This document shows, piece after piece, positions 1 through 8,471 of a stretch of DNA of 64,000 nucleotides. The notes beneath the pieces are model-generated. The model was not told where the DNA came from. It saw nothing but the letters and a program-made list of their open reading frames with translations, and ran no database searches. Numbering within the stretch: position 1 is the first letter of the stretch; each line of letters opens with the position of its first letter. A program made the translations under genes and the position numbers. Source of the DNA: a virus; IMG/VR virus record IMGVR_UViG_3300020437_000004, positions 32,001 through 96,000 of that record. One strand, written 5' to 3'.

Positions 1-2256
1 CTTAGGCATAACGTCAAGACTAAACATATTAACGAATGCCAACTCACCAGATCCTAGGAATTTACTGATCCAGTTTGCTTCCATAGTAATCTCACCGTCA
101 GCAACCAGATCAATAGCGTTACCTTCAATCTTAGTTACCTGTGCTGACATATTAATTTTATCTGCTGCCTGTATTTTAACGTCAGCACCTTGGACTGTAA
201 CAATACCAGAGTATGCAATGGTATGGTCACCGTGCTTCACTTCAACAGATGATTGCTCTTTGCTACTACTACTCTTCGTAGGCACGGCTAGAGTTGATCC
301 GCCTTCTCTACGTCCCCATTTATCAGTGCCTGGCTCCTTAGGATATGCAGGATAGTCGCTGCGACCATAGACAGGTGTAGGTGGTTTAAAGAAGTTAGCA
401 TTGTCAGTGCGGAATGCATACTGCCCTCTTTCATTCTTAGTCTTAGGTTTAGAGGGTTTAGATGATCCTGTAGTTTCTGTAGGATCTCCACAACTCTGAT
501 TTATATTCATAGCACCAACAACTTCAATGTTGAAGTTACCCATGACCTTCAAGAAGTAGTCACCTTCTACAGTTAGAGTCTTATTACCTTTTACAGTTTC
601 GCAAGAATCCTTCGCAATAATTCTCGTGTCATTGTTAGGGACATTCTTATGGACATTGCCAAGTTTATCCTCAATAGTAGATACACCACCAGGACCACTG
701 ACAATACGCTTTTCCTTCTTAGGTGTAGCGTCCTCAATAATGCTTGTGCCATTTAAAAATGTTTGAGTAGTTTGTCGGTAAGGATCGATCTCACCAAACA
801 TATCATTAAAGAATCCTCGACCGTCTTTCTGCTCCTTACCCCATTTACCTGCAGGTAGTGGATTCCCACTTTGTTTAAGTGTCTCTCCAAAAGTGTCGCA
901 TTGGGTAGTCCCCAGTAATGGAAACCACCCTTTCGTCTTACTGACCTTCGTCGTTCGTCCGCAGTCCTTTGCAAATAGTGCCTTAAGGATACCCATGACG
1001 ATACCCAACAGAGATCCCCAGTCCAACTTAGAGAAGTCTGTAGTAAGAATAGTTTTAATATTACCAGTAAGTGCTGTCACACCTTTGCCTGCCTCGGATA
1101 CACCAAGGATACCAGTCATCACTGTGCCAATAGTTTGTGCTGTATCTGACATGGCTTTCTGTGCACCATTCAGCATACGATCAATGATATTATCTACTTT
1201 ATTAGCTACGCCATCTAACGCATCAGTAATCTTATCCGTAATACTATTTGCCAGTCCATTGGCAAAACTAGAGATGTCACCTAGTGCACTGTTAACCAGA
1301 CCTAACCATGATGGCACAGGCATACAGAAGATATCTAGGATCTGCGATAGGAAAGCCATGATAACTTTCAACACTGCCATCGGCACAAACTTTGATACAA
1401 GTTTCACGATCAAGTTTACTGCCTTGGAGATTGCTTCTGCCATTGCTTGCTTTAGAGGTGCAAGCATACCAGATAGACCACCACTTACAAAGTTTACAAT
1501 CTTATTCAGTCTTTCTTTAATTGGGTCGCCAGGTATAATTTTACCAGTGATGATAGAAACATATGTGCCATCCTTACCTCTAGCGAGTTGGTTACCCATG
1601 TTGCCCAACTCTTTCAACATACGACTTAAGTCAGTCTGGAATCCTTTACCCGCAGATCCATTTACACCATCAGCAACACCTTGCATCTCAGATGGGACAA
1701 TAGCAGGGTTAGTCGTAGGGTCACCATGACCTGAGTTAACAACTGCTGCCTTACCTAGTGCACCTCTAGACTCATCTTCTTGACCACCAGGATCTGCAGG
1801 TGGTGAAACAACTGCTACAGCAGTGTTACCTGAGTTTACCTTTTCACCTGTAAGTGTCTGTGCTTGTGGTGGATTATCATCATCTTTCTTTGCTTCTTCT
1901 GGGTTAGCAGCAAAGGTGTCACCCTTCTGATCTTTAACAGTATGGAATGCACCCATAACCATAGGGATCTGACCTTCTTCACCATCCATGAAGAAACCAA
2001 CGACCATTGCACCTTCCTGCAATTCGCCCTTGGATCCGATCTGTTTTACCTGTGGTTTATCTGTAGGGACTAGACACATTGCCCACGGCAATGCCTCGGT
2101 TGGCATTTTCTTTAGGTAATCCTCTGAGTCATTACCACCAGTATGCCATCCATAGATACGCACCTTGACACGACCAAGTTGCATCGGGTCTTTATTAGAC
2201 TCGACTTCCCCGACCCACCAAGTGAATCCGTCCGATCCAGAATAATCTGTTATCAT
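1..2256 (-). CDS. gp5: T4 gp5-like baseplate hub/needle protein (3' end runs off the window)
   Basis: Hand translation from ATG at 2256: MITDYSGSDGFTWWVGEVESNKDPMQLGRVKVRIYGWH...LPWAMCLVP...GAMVVGFFMDGEEGQIPMVMG is the gp5 N-terminal OB-fold signature. Frame is still open at the left edge; beta-repeat-like segments (TLTVEGDYFLKVMGNFNIEVVG) near the 3' end. Missing from the ORF track because there is no stop in the window. Confidence 0.85.
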   Translation of the reverse strand, partial: MITDYSGSDGFTWWVGEVESNKDPMQLGRVKVRIYGWHTGGNDSEDYLKKMPTEALPWAMCLVPTDKPQVKQIGSKGELQEGAMVVGFFMDGEEGQIPMVMGAFHTVKDQKGDTFAANPEEAKKDDDNPPQAQTLTGEKVNSGNTAVAVVSPPADPGGQEDESRGALGKAAVVNSGHGDPTTNPAIVPSEMQGVADGVNGSAGKGFQTDLSRMLKELGNMGNQLARGKDGTYVSIITGKIIPGDPIKERLNKIVNFVSGGLSGMLAPLKQAMAEAISKAVNLIVKLVSKFVPMAVLKVIMAFLSQILDIFCMPVPSWLGLVNSALGDISSFANGLANSITDKITDALDGVANKVDNIIDRMLNGAQKAMSDTAQTIGTVMTGILGVSEAGKGVTALTGNIKTILTTDFSKLDWGSLLGIVMGILKALFAKDCGRTTKVSKTKGWFPLLGTTQCDTFGETLKQSGNPLPAGKWGKEQKDGRGFFNDMFGEIDPYRQTTQTFLNGTSIIEDATPKKEKRIVSGPGGVSTIEDKLGNVHKNVPNNDTRIIAKDSCETVKGNKTLTVEGDYFLKVMGNFNIEVVGAMNINQSCGDPTETTGSSKPSKPKTKNERGQYAFRTDNANFFKPPTPVYGRSDYPAYPKEPGTDKWGRREGGSTLAVPTKSSSSKEQSSVEVKHGDHTIAYSGIVTVQGADVKIQAADKINMSAQVTKIEGNAIDLVADGEITMEANWISKFLGSGELAFVNMFSLDVMPK

Positions 2257-2277
2257 TATAATTGGTATGGATATAAG

Positions 2278-2745
2278 TTATTTAGGAAGTTTTACGAAAT
2301 GAAATTCGCCATCCTTCTCTTCTTTGCCCCAAACAAATGCACCTGATCTTAGTCTACGACCATTGTCGAATGACCAGTAATCAGTGCCATTGAATCTTGC
2401 AAGTGCAGTTATGTTAACATCATTTACTACACAAGGACCGTTTGTCTCTCCCCACCATGTCCCATCGTCCATCTTGACGAAGACAAAACCGCATCCTTCT
2501 TTGTTTCTTTTTAGATCTAAAGTATCACACTCAATTATATCTTCGTGAATACGTTTATATTTTGCTCTGAAATGTTTATAGGGTTTATTAGGACCCTCAT
2601 ACTCATACCAAGATTTACATTCTAAAATCTTACCCTTTTTGATCTCAGTCCATTCAATGTGGATTAGTGGCCACTTTTGTGGATCTGAATATGCTTGAGA
2701 TTTATTTGAGTAATGTCCACACAGAGCCTCTTCAAAGCTACTCAT
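2278..2745 (-). CDS. cpeT: CpeT/CpcT-like phycobilin lyase
   Basis: LCGHYSNKSQAYSDPQKWPLIHI N-terminus and C-terminal YWSFDNG...VWGKE..EFHF match phage T-type bilin lyases. Confidence 0.8.
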   Translation of the reverse strand: MSSFEEALCGHYSNKSQAYSDPQKWPLIHIEWTEIKKGKILECKSWYEYEGPNKPYKHFRAKYKRIHEDIIECDTLDLKRNKEGCGFVFVKMDDGTWWGETNGPCVVNDVNITALARFNGTDYWSFDNGRRLRSGAFVWGKEEKDGEFHFVKLPK

Positions 2746-2769
2746 CGTCTGAAACCCAACAAGCTAATT

Positions 2770-2910
2770 CTATTTGTTATTTTGTTTCTTGTCAAGCCCT
2801 TTCTTTGCTTGCTCTCTCATCATCCTAGCGTATACAATTTCTGCTGATGACCAATGATCTGGATCTTTGATTATTTTGTTTGCTGCCTTTTTTACTTCTT
2901 TTAGTCGCAT
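2770..2910 (-). CDS. small basic hypothetical protein (46 aa, MRLKEVKKAANKIIKDPDHWS...)
   Basis: Hand-translated ORF downstream of a TATAAATA late promoter at 2942-2949. Confidence 0.6.
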   Translation of the reverse strand: MRLKEVKKAANKIIKDPDHWSSAEIVYARMMREQAKKGLDKKQNNK

Positions 2911-2941
2911 TTGTTACATATTTGTTAGAGTTTGCTAACTC

Positions 2942-2949
2942 TATTTATA
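2942..2949 (-). promoter_or_regulatory. T4-type late promoter TATAAATA
   Basis: Exact consensus, intergenic. Confidence 0.7.
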
Positions 2950-2957
2950 ACAAATAC

Positions 2958-3089
2958 TTAACGTTTTACATCATGGGCACAACCGTCACCCTTGTAGTTA
3001 TCCGTGTCGTAATATCCACCTCTAGACCCAAAGTATAGAGTCGCCATTACAAATGGAAAAGCAGACCACAGGAGTATGTTACCTAGCAT
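2958..3089 (-). CDS. small membrane-anchored hypothetical (43 aa, MLGNILLWSAFPFVMATLYFGSRGGYYDTDNYKGDGCAHDVKR)
   Basis: Hand-translated; hydrophobic N-terminus, fills the intergenic gap. Confidence 0.6.
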   Translation of the reverse strand: MLGNILLWSAFPFVMATLYFGSRGGYYDTDNYKGDGCAHDVKR

Positions 3090-3152
3090 CAATATACCTC
3101 GCTACGCATACACCCCAAAAAGTAAATGCTCCAAAAAATATTAGATATTCCA

Positions 3153-3452
3153 TCAGTCTCGTTGTCTCCAATCGTCAGGTCTATCTTGTCTAAACCAGTC
3201 TGCGATGTCTCCTGCATCAGTGAAACCCCTTTTGTGTTTACTTGAATCGGGGTCTCCAATATTCAAGTTATTCAGAAAAGAGTCGTCTGGATTCGTTGCC
3301 AACCTCCTTGCTGTTTGCAACATCCCTCTTGCGGATGTATTTGTTTTTGCTAACTTTTCTGCCCAAATCATATCTTCCAAACTAACTTCCATACCTGCTG
3401 CGATGCTCTTACAAATTTCTTGTAGGCGGAGACGATACTGGGTTGATAACAT
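3153..3452 (-). CDS. conserved cyanophage hypothetical protein
   Basis: 99-aa ORF in operon orientation, MLSTQYRLRL...DDWRQRD. Confidence 0.75.
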   Translation of the reverse strand: MLSTQYRLRLQEICKSIAAGMEVSLEDMIWAEKLAKTNTSARGMLQTARRLATNPDDSFLNNLNIGDPDSSKHKRGFTDAGDIADWFRQDRPDDWRQRD

Positions 3453-3456
3453 AAAT

Positions 3457-3600
3457 TTACGGTTGCTTTTTCTTTAGTTGTTCATAGAGGATTGCTTGCA
3501 TAAAAGACTTAGGTCCTTTTTCAAGCAGATCTTCCTTCCACTTAATACTTTTAAGTGTAGGAGGATTCTTTAGTTTGTTTGTTTTTTTGCGACGTGCCAT
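3457..3600 (-). CDS. small basic hypothetical (47 aa, MARRKKTNKLKNPP...)
   Basis: Hand-translated; TAATG overlap with the upstream ORF. Confidence 0.55.
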   Translation of the reverse strand: MARRKKTNKLKNPPTLKSIKWKEDLLEKGPKSFMQAILYEQLKKKQP

Positions 3601-3683
3601 TACTTTTTAAATACACCTGCCTTTGCAAGCAAGTATACAGACAATGTAGTCCAAAACAGCACTTCTAGTCCAACATTATTCAT
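3600..3683 (-). CDS. 27-aa single-TM peptide (MNNVGLEVLFWTTLSVYLLAKAGVFKK)
   Basis: Hand-translated, directly after cp12; its stop overlaps the start of the next ORF. Confidence 0.45.
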   Translation of the reverse strand: MNNVGLEVLFWTTLSVYLLAKAGVFKK

Positions 3684-3685
3684 AA

Positions 3686-3913
3686 TTAATCTTCATAAAT
3701 TAAGCACTCTGGCTCATCTGGGTGTTGGTCACAGAATAGCTCAATGCAGTTAGGATCATGGTGATCTCCTGCTTCGATCTCTTTCTTGTGGTGCTCAACA
3801 TAGTCCTCCAAATCATGCAACTCCAACTCGATGTGGCGACGCATTTGTGGATTTGTGGTAGGATCGCTAAGGATTTGCTTATCCTTCTCGATGTGTGCTT
3901 CGATGCTTTTCAT
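3686..3913 (-). CDS. cp12: CP12 Calvin-cycle inhibitor (phage type)
   Basis: C-terminal ELFCDQHPDEPECLIYED Cys pair; lacks the N-terminal Cys pair, as in marine/phage CP12. Confidence 0.9.
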   Translation of the reverse strand: MKSIEAHIEKDKQILSDPTTNPQMRRHIELELHDLEDYVEHHKKEIEAGDHHDPNCIELFCDQHPDEPECLIYED

Positions 3914-3936
3914 GTGTGATACCTGTGTGATTACTA

Positions 3937-5355
3937 CTATTTATCTTCACGGATCGAATCTTTAGTAAGATAAAGAGTGGTTGTTATGCCATCCTTACGA
4001 TAGACATGTTTTAGACCTGCAATCAGATACTTACCACTATATACACGATCTTGCTTGACGTCATTCTTATTCTCCGTTTTAGATGCGGGAATGCTGACTT
4101 TAACCAATTCGCCTACAGCAAGAGCGGTGTTACCTGGTACGACGATTGTTAGTTGTATAGCATTTAGTAATGCATACCTAGCAGTAGCATACGATGATAC
4201 AGATAGCGTGTCAAGATATGTCCTGGTTCCCCCTTCTGGATCTCCACCACCTGCAGGTTGGTGAATCCAAGTAGGCATGACTCTTAGTTTGAATCTAGTA
4301 GCTGCTTGTGCTTTAGAATCAAAACCCGTGTCTTGAAATGGTCTGCCCGTGTCAATCGTCGATGCTTTATCAAATATAGATTCAAACGTAGTTTCAAAAT
4401 TCTTTCTCTTCACCTCAGTGGTATTATTCTCACCACCACTTGAGGATGCTGTTGGTAGATGTGTCAATCCTAGAGAAGGGACTGATACACCAAGCACAGA
4501 TGTTTTATATAAACCTGTCCTTAATTTTTCTAGATGATTAACTTTATCTGGAAATGTAATAGTTTCAATTTTAAAGTATTCTTCTACTGCAGTTTTAGTC
4601 TCTACACCTGACTGCATGTAGGTATATGTTTTAATCTCATCGTTTTCATTACCCTCACATAGTCTGTCAATAGATTTGTAATGAAATCCATGCTTATTTT
4701 CATAGAATAAGAAACCTGATTGCATGTTAGATCTCTTACCTGTGCCACCCTCTTGTCTCAATACCTTATCGCTAAGATATGCAATAGTGTCATAGGGTCT
4801 CCAATTAGGGCAACTGAAACAAACTTTGCTAGGTTTTTCAAAGTTTTTATTTTTTGCTTTTTCACCTGCCTTGAGATATTCCTTTGCAATAAATCTAGGA
4901 AGATTGTCCTTGTCTTTGTGCTTCTCACAAGGTCCGAATGCACCAAATACTCTGTTTGCTTCATTTAAGAATGCTTCATGTGACACGAGATGCAGGATAT
5001 ACATCGCTGCTCTCTCATTCTTGATGAAACTACCCATCTTAAAGATTCGGAAGATAACCTCTAATGGATCCTTGTTTGAGCTCTCTGAGGTAATTTTAAT
5101 CTTTACAATTTCCTTACCACGAATCTTTTTGTATAGATCAATAGAGTCAACGATTGCTATGTCACACCTTAGGAAAGGACTATCAATAGACTCATAGTAT
5201 TCTATAGATGCAACAAGATCACCAATATCAAAGACATTATCACCCTTAAGTCTATTCTTAGGTGACAATGGCTCAGACCACTTCATCCTACCCTCTTCAC
5301 CAAAGGCAATGGATGCTTCATTCAGCTCTACAATTTTCGCTCTTCTTTCTGCCAT
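3937..5355 (-). CDS. baseplate hub protein, gp27/VgrG-like
   Basis: N-terminal IEYYESIDSPFLRCDIAIVDS and C-terminal LTIVVPGNTALAVG...YSGKYLIAGLKH motifs typical of hub proteins; position in the baseplate module. Confidence 0.6.
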   Translation of the reverse strand: MAERRAKIVELNEASIAFGEEGRMKWSEPLSPKNRLKGDNVFDIGDLVASIEYYESIDSPFLRCDIAIVDSIDLYKKIRGKEIVKIKITSESSNKDPLEVIFRIFKMGSFIKNERAAMYILHLVSHEAFLNEANRVFGAFGPCEKHKDKDNLPRFIAKEYLKAGEKAKNKNFEKPSKVCFSCPNWRPYDTIAYLSDKVLRQEGGTGKRSNMQSGFLFYENKHGFHYKSIDRLCEGNENDEIKTYTYMQSGVETKTAVEEYFKIETITFPDKVNHLEKLRTGLYKTSVLGVSVPSLGLTHLPTASSSGGENNTTEVKRKNFETTFESIFDKASTIDTGRPFQDTGFDSKAQAATRFKLRVMPTWIHQPAGGGDPEGGTRTYLDTLSVSSYATARYALLNAIQLTIVVPGNTALAVGELVKVSIPASKTENKNDVKQDRVYSGKYLIAGLKHVYRKDGITTTLYLTKDSIREDK

Positions 5356-8300
5356 TATTTAAGTGTAGGTGTGTAGGTCAAGTCAGCTTGTGTTTCTCTG
5401 AATCTAGAGAATCTAGATACAAAGTATGGATCTGCTTCATTCCATTGATTTGAGTTAGGTATTACGATAGGCACTTCTTCTGGTTGTGATGCTTCTCCAC
5501 CACCTGCACCCATTGCTGCAACCTTTTGATTCTGAGCTTCAACTGCCTGCATGACAGCCATGTTTGCATTCTCTTTAGTCTTTCTCTTGTTACTATTCTC
5601 TTCAGATTTAAAACCAAGTAACCGTTTACCAACGTCTTTAACGCTGTTGAATACTTGACCTGCTTTATCTAGGGTCATTTTAACTACCCTTGTTGCAGGA
5701 TCTAACTGCTGATTCTGTGGCTCGGTGTCACCTTTACCCTTAAATGCATACTCACCTCTTACATTCTTCTGTTGATCGCCACTAAAGTTACCACCTACTC
5801 TTCCTCTATCTTTAGCACCCGATCCTCTCTTTCTCCTCTGGATAGGCTCAATGTTTGGTTTGATTTTATCACCCTTAATCGTCTCTGTAGGTTTAGTTTC
5901 TGGTGGCTCAACCTTACCCCATACGTCTCCCATCTTCCATGTCACAAAGTCCTTTGTAGACATGTTCATATTATCACTACTTCCAAATTTGAATCTTCTT
6001 CTCTGCTCTTTTTTACCTAGACCTAAGAAACCTGTCTTGACTGTGTATGTAGGATAGTATACGTCAACCATACGCATACCTGCTGCGATACCATGGTCAT
6101 CAACATAACCTCCAGCTTTGTATAGTGATTCATATGAATTGATAGATTTATATTTTGCTTCACCACCATCTGCAAATCCTTTTGGTGTTGCATATCCTTT
6201 ACTTACTGCTTCTCTCATTCTTCTACCAGTAAGACCAGAATCTGTTTTTGTCTTAGGTGTGTTGAATGGGACGATGAATGCTGATCCACCACTTGCTCTA
6301 TTAGGCATTCCAACCCACTCTAGACCGTGACCAATGAATGATACAGAGTTACCACCATCCAAACTTACAGGATAACCAGACTGAGGACCGTTGATCCATC
6401 CACCTCTAGCATACTCTGGGACTTGTGGTTGTATTACACCACCACCTGCAAACCAGTTGCCAGGATTCCACCATCCACCTTCGCTGCTCTTAGGTGATAC
6501 TGCATGGATTATTTTATTCATTAATCCAATAACAGACTTCTCACCTCCACCAATCATCTTGTTGAGAGCTTTGATCTGATTACCTTCTTCTTGTATCTGT
6601 GATTTATCTTCGTCAACACCGCCTGATCCACCTGAGCTCTCTGATCCCATGACACTCATGGGGACACCAAATACTTCTGCTAGTGGTGCAATAAAGTTGC
6701 CGATCATTGACTTCAGAGGACCTGGCAAGAATTTTGCAAACATAGATCCTACCTTTGCAATAACAGATACGATAGAGATACCAACCGCTTTGATAGGTAG
6801 TGCCAACAACTGTGACAGTGCCATGACCTTACGAGTCATCATCTGTCTGTAGTCATTTGCAAATTCAAACATAGCACCCAACTTGGATTCACCCTCGGAT
6901 GCTTCTCCACCGTCGTCCATCTTGGGGACGACTACCATACCACCTGCTGCCTTTTCAATCGTAACGCCATAGTTTTTAAGTTTCTCAGCATAGCTCATAT
7001 TGTAATAAGCCATGTATTCATCTGTAGAAACCTCTTTGTCATTAATATATGCCTGACCAGTATCCATGTCGAATCGACCAGATACCCTCTTCGTAGGTTT
7101 GAATTCCTTCTTCGGTGTAGGTTTAGGTTTTTCTACTTTTGGTTTCTCGTCTTTCTTACCGCCTCCTGCAAAGAAACTTAAGATAAAAGTCAATGCCTTC
7201 ATCAAACCAATCAAAGGTGCAAATGCTACCGTGCCAAAGAATGCACCAACCTTCTTGATCATTGGCATAGCAGGCTCAATAAAGTCTAAGACCTTATTAA
7301 ATGCACCACCAAGTGCCTTAAAGAAATCTCCTGCTGCCTGTTGTATAGGTGCAAAGACAGATGCAAATACTTCTCCGATTGCTCCGAAGAATTTCATGAA
7401 TGGATCAATGATGGGTTGCATTGCCTTACCAATACCACCACCTACAGCACCACCAACAAATGCACCTGCTGCACCTGCCAACGCACCTGCACCAGGTATT
7501 CCAGTCGCTGCACCCAGAGAAGCACCGATTGCTTGACCTGCACCTGCACCAACACCTGTGCCTATTGCTTCTCCTTGCTCTGCACCAGATAACCGTGCTG
7601 CTGCATATGCTGCACCACCAAATACTGCTGCACCACCAACTCTACTACGCAGAACGCTACTTGCTACTTTCCTGAGCTTTCCTCCTAGTCCACCTGCCTT
7701 CATCAGGTTTTTGACCATGCCAAAAAGCATGCCCACAACTGCTTTTATGCCTTTGAGTGCTGCTAATGGATTCCTAAGTATCGTGAATGCTGCAAATATA
7801 GGTGCTAAGCCCAGTGCAAACTGCATCACACCAAAGAATCCTCGTAGTGACAAAGGATTCTCTAAAAACTTTATTAAACCTTTTCCTGCTGTGCCTAGTA
7901 AGAAGGTGGTGACTCCAAATGCCCACTTACCTATAGCATATAAACCTTTTGCTAATGCTTTGACTTTATCTGGATTTTTCATGATCCAGTCAAAGATTGC
8001 AAACTTAACTATCCCTGCAAATAACCATGTTGCAATACTACCAAGCATCGCAAAGAAACCACCGAATGTTTTCGCTGCTACACCAACAAAACCTGCAATA
8101 ATCTTTCCAGATGTAGTCTTTACCTCTGCTGCGTCGTCTCTCTTCTCTCTTTGTGCTTCTTTCTTATCCTCTATCTTCTGACGTGCTGCATCACGTTTTT
8201 CATTAGAATCTTTTAACTTCCTATATCTCTCATCAATACCTTTCTGTGAGATTTGGAATTGCACCATCTCTTTCATGGCAATAGTCTGTTTCTCTAGTGC

Positions 8301-8471
8301 CAGTGCAATAGAGTTTAATGTGCCACCAAGACTATTTGCTGCATTAAGATTCTTCTTTAAACCTGTAGTAATCTCTTGTGTTTCCTTACTGGCACTCTTA
8401 TCCACCCCCTTAAAAGATACCATCTTATAAAGGGCAGGTTTTTTAATAACTGTCTTGGGTTTTTCTGCCAT
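5355..8471 (-). CDS. tape-measure-like tail protein B (1038 aa)
   Basis: Coiled-coil N-terminus, long amphipathic and Gly/Ala-rich segments, GGWINGPQSGYPVSLDGG motif; lies between gp51 and the hub gene. Confidence 0.6.
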   Translation of the reverse strand: MAEKPKTVIKKPALYKMVSFKGVDKSASKETQEITTGLKKNLNAANSLGGTLNSIALALEKQTIAMKEMVQFQISQKGIDERYRKLKDSNEKRDAARQKIEDKKEAQREKRDDAAEVKTTSGKIIAGFVGVAAKTFGGFFAMLGSIATWLFAGIVKFAIFDWIMKNPDKVKALAKGLYAIGKWAFGVTTFLLGTAGKGLIKFLENPLSLRGFFGVMQFALGLAPIFAAFTILRNPLAALKGIKAVVGMLFGMVKNLMKAGGLGGKLRKVASSVLRSRVGGAAVFGGAAYAAARLSGAEQGEAIGTGVGAGAGQAIGASLGAATGIPGAGALAGAAGAFVGGAVGGGIGKAMQPIIDPFMKFFGAIGEVFASVFAPIQQAAGDFFKALGGAFNKVLDFIEPAMPMIKKVGAFFGTVAFAPLIGLMKALTFILSFFAGGGKKDEKPKVEKPKPTPKKEFKPTKRVSGRFDMDTGQAYINDKEVSTDEYMAYYNMSYAEKLKNYGVTIEKAAGGMVVVPKMDDGGEASEGESKLGAMFEFANDYRQMMTRKVMALSQLLALPIKAVGISIVSVIAKVGSMFAKFLPGPLKSMIGNFIAPLAEVFGVPMSVMGSESSGGSGGVDEDKSQIQEEGNQIKALNKMIGGGEKSVIGLMNKIIHAVSPKSSEGGWWNPGNWFAGGGVIQPQVPEYARGGWINGPQSGYPVSLDGGNSVSFIGHGLEWVGMPNRASGGSAFIVPFNTPKTKTDSGLTGRRMREAVSKGYATPKGFADGGEAKYKSINSYESLYKAGGYVDDHGIAAGMRMVDVYYPTYTVKTGFLGLGKKEQRRRFKFGSSDNMNMSTKDFVTWKMGDVWGKVEPPETKPTETIKGDKIKPNIEPIQRRKRGSGAKDRGRVGGNFSGDQQKNVRGEYAFKGKGDTEPQNQQLDPATRVVKMTLDKAGQVFNSVKDVGKRLLGFKSEENSNKRKTKENANMAVMQAVEAQNQKVAAMGAGGGEASQPEEVPIVIPNSNQWNEADPYFVSRFSRFRETQADLTYTPTLK

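Noticed and set aside
893-1729. 278-aa plus-strand ORF
   Set aside because: Antisense shadow of the gp5-like gene; no RBS or late-promoter support, and typical of codon-bias shadows.
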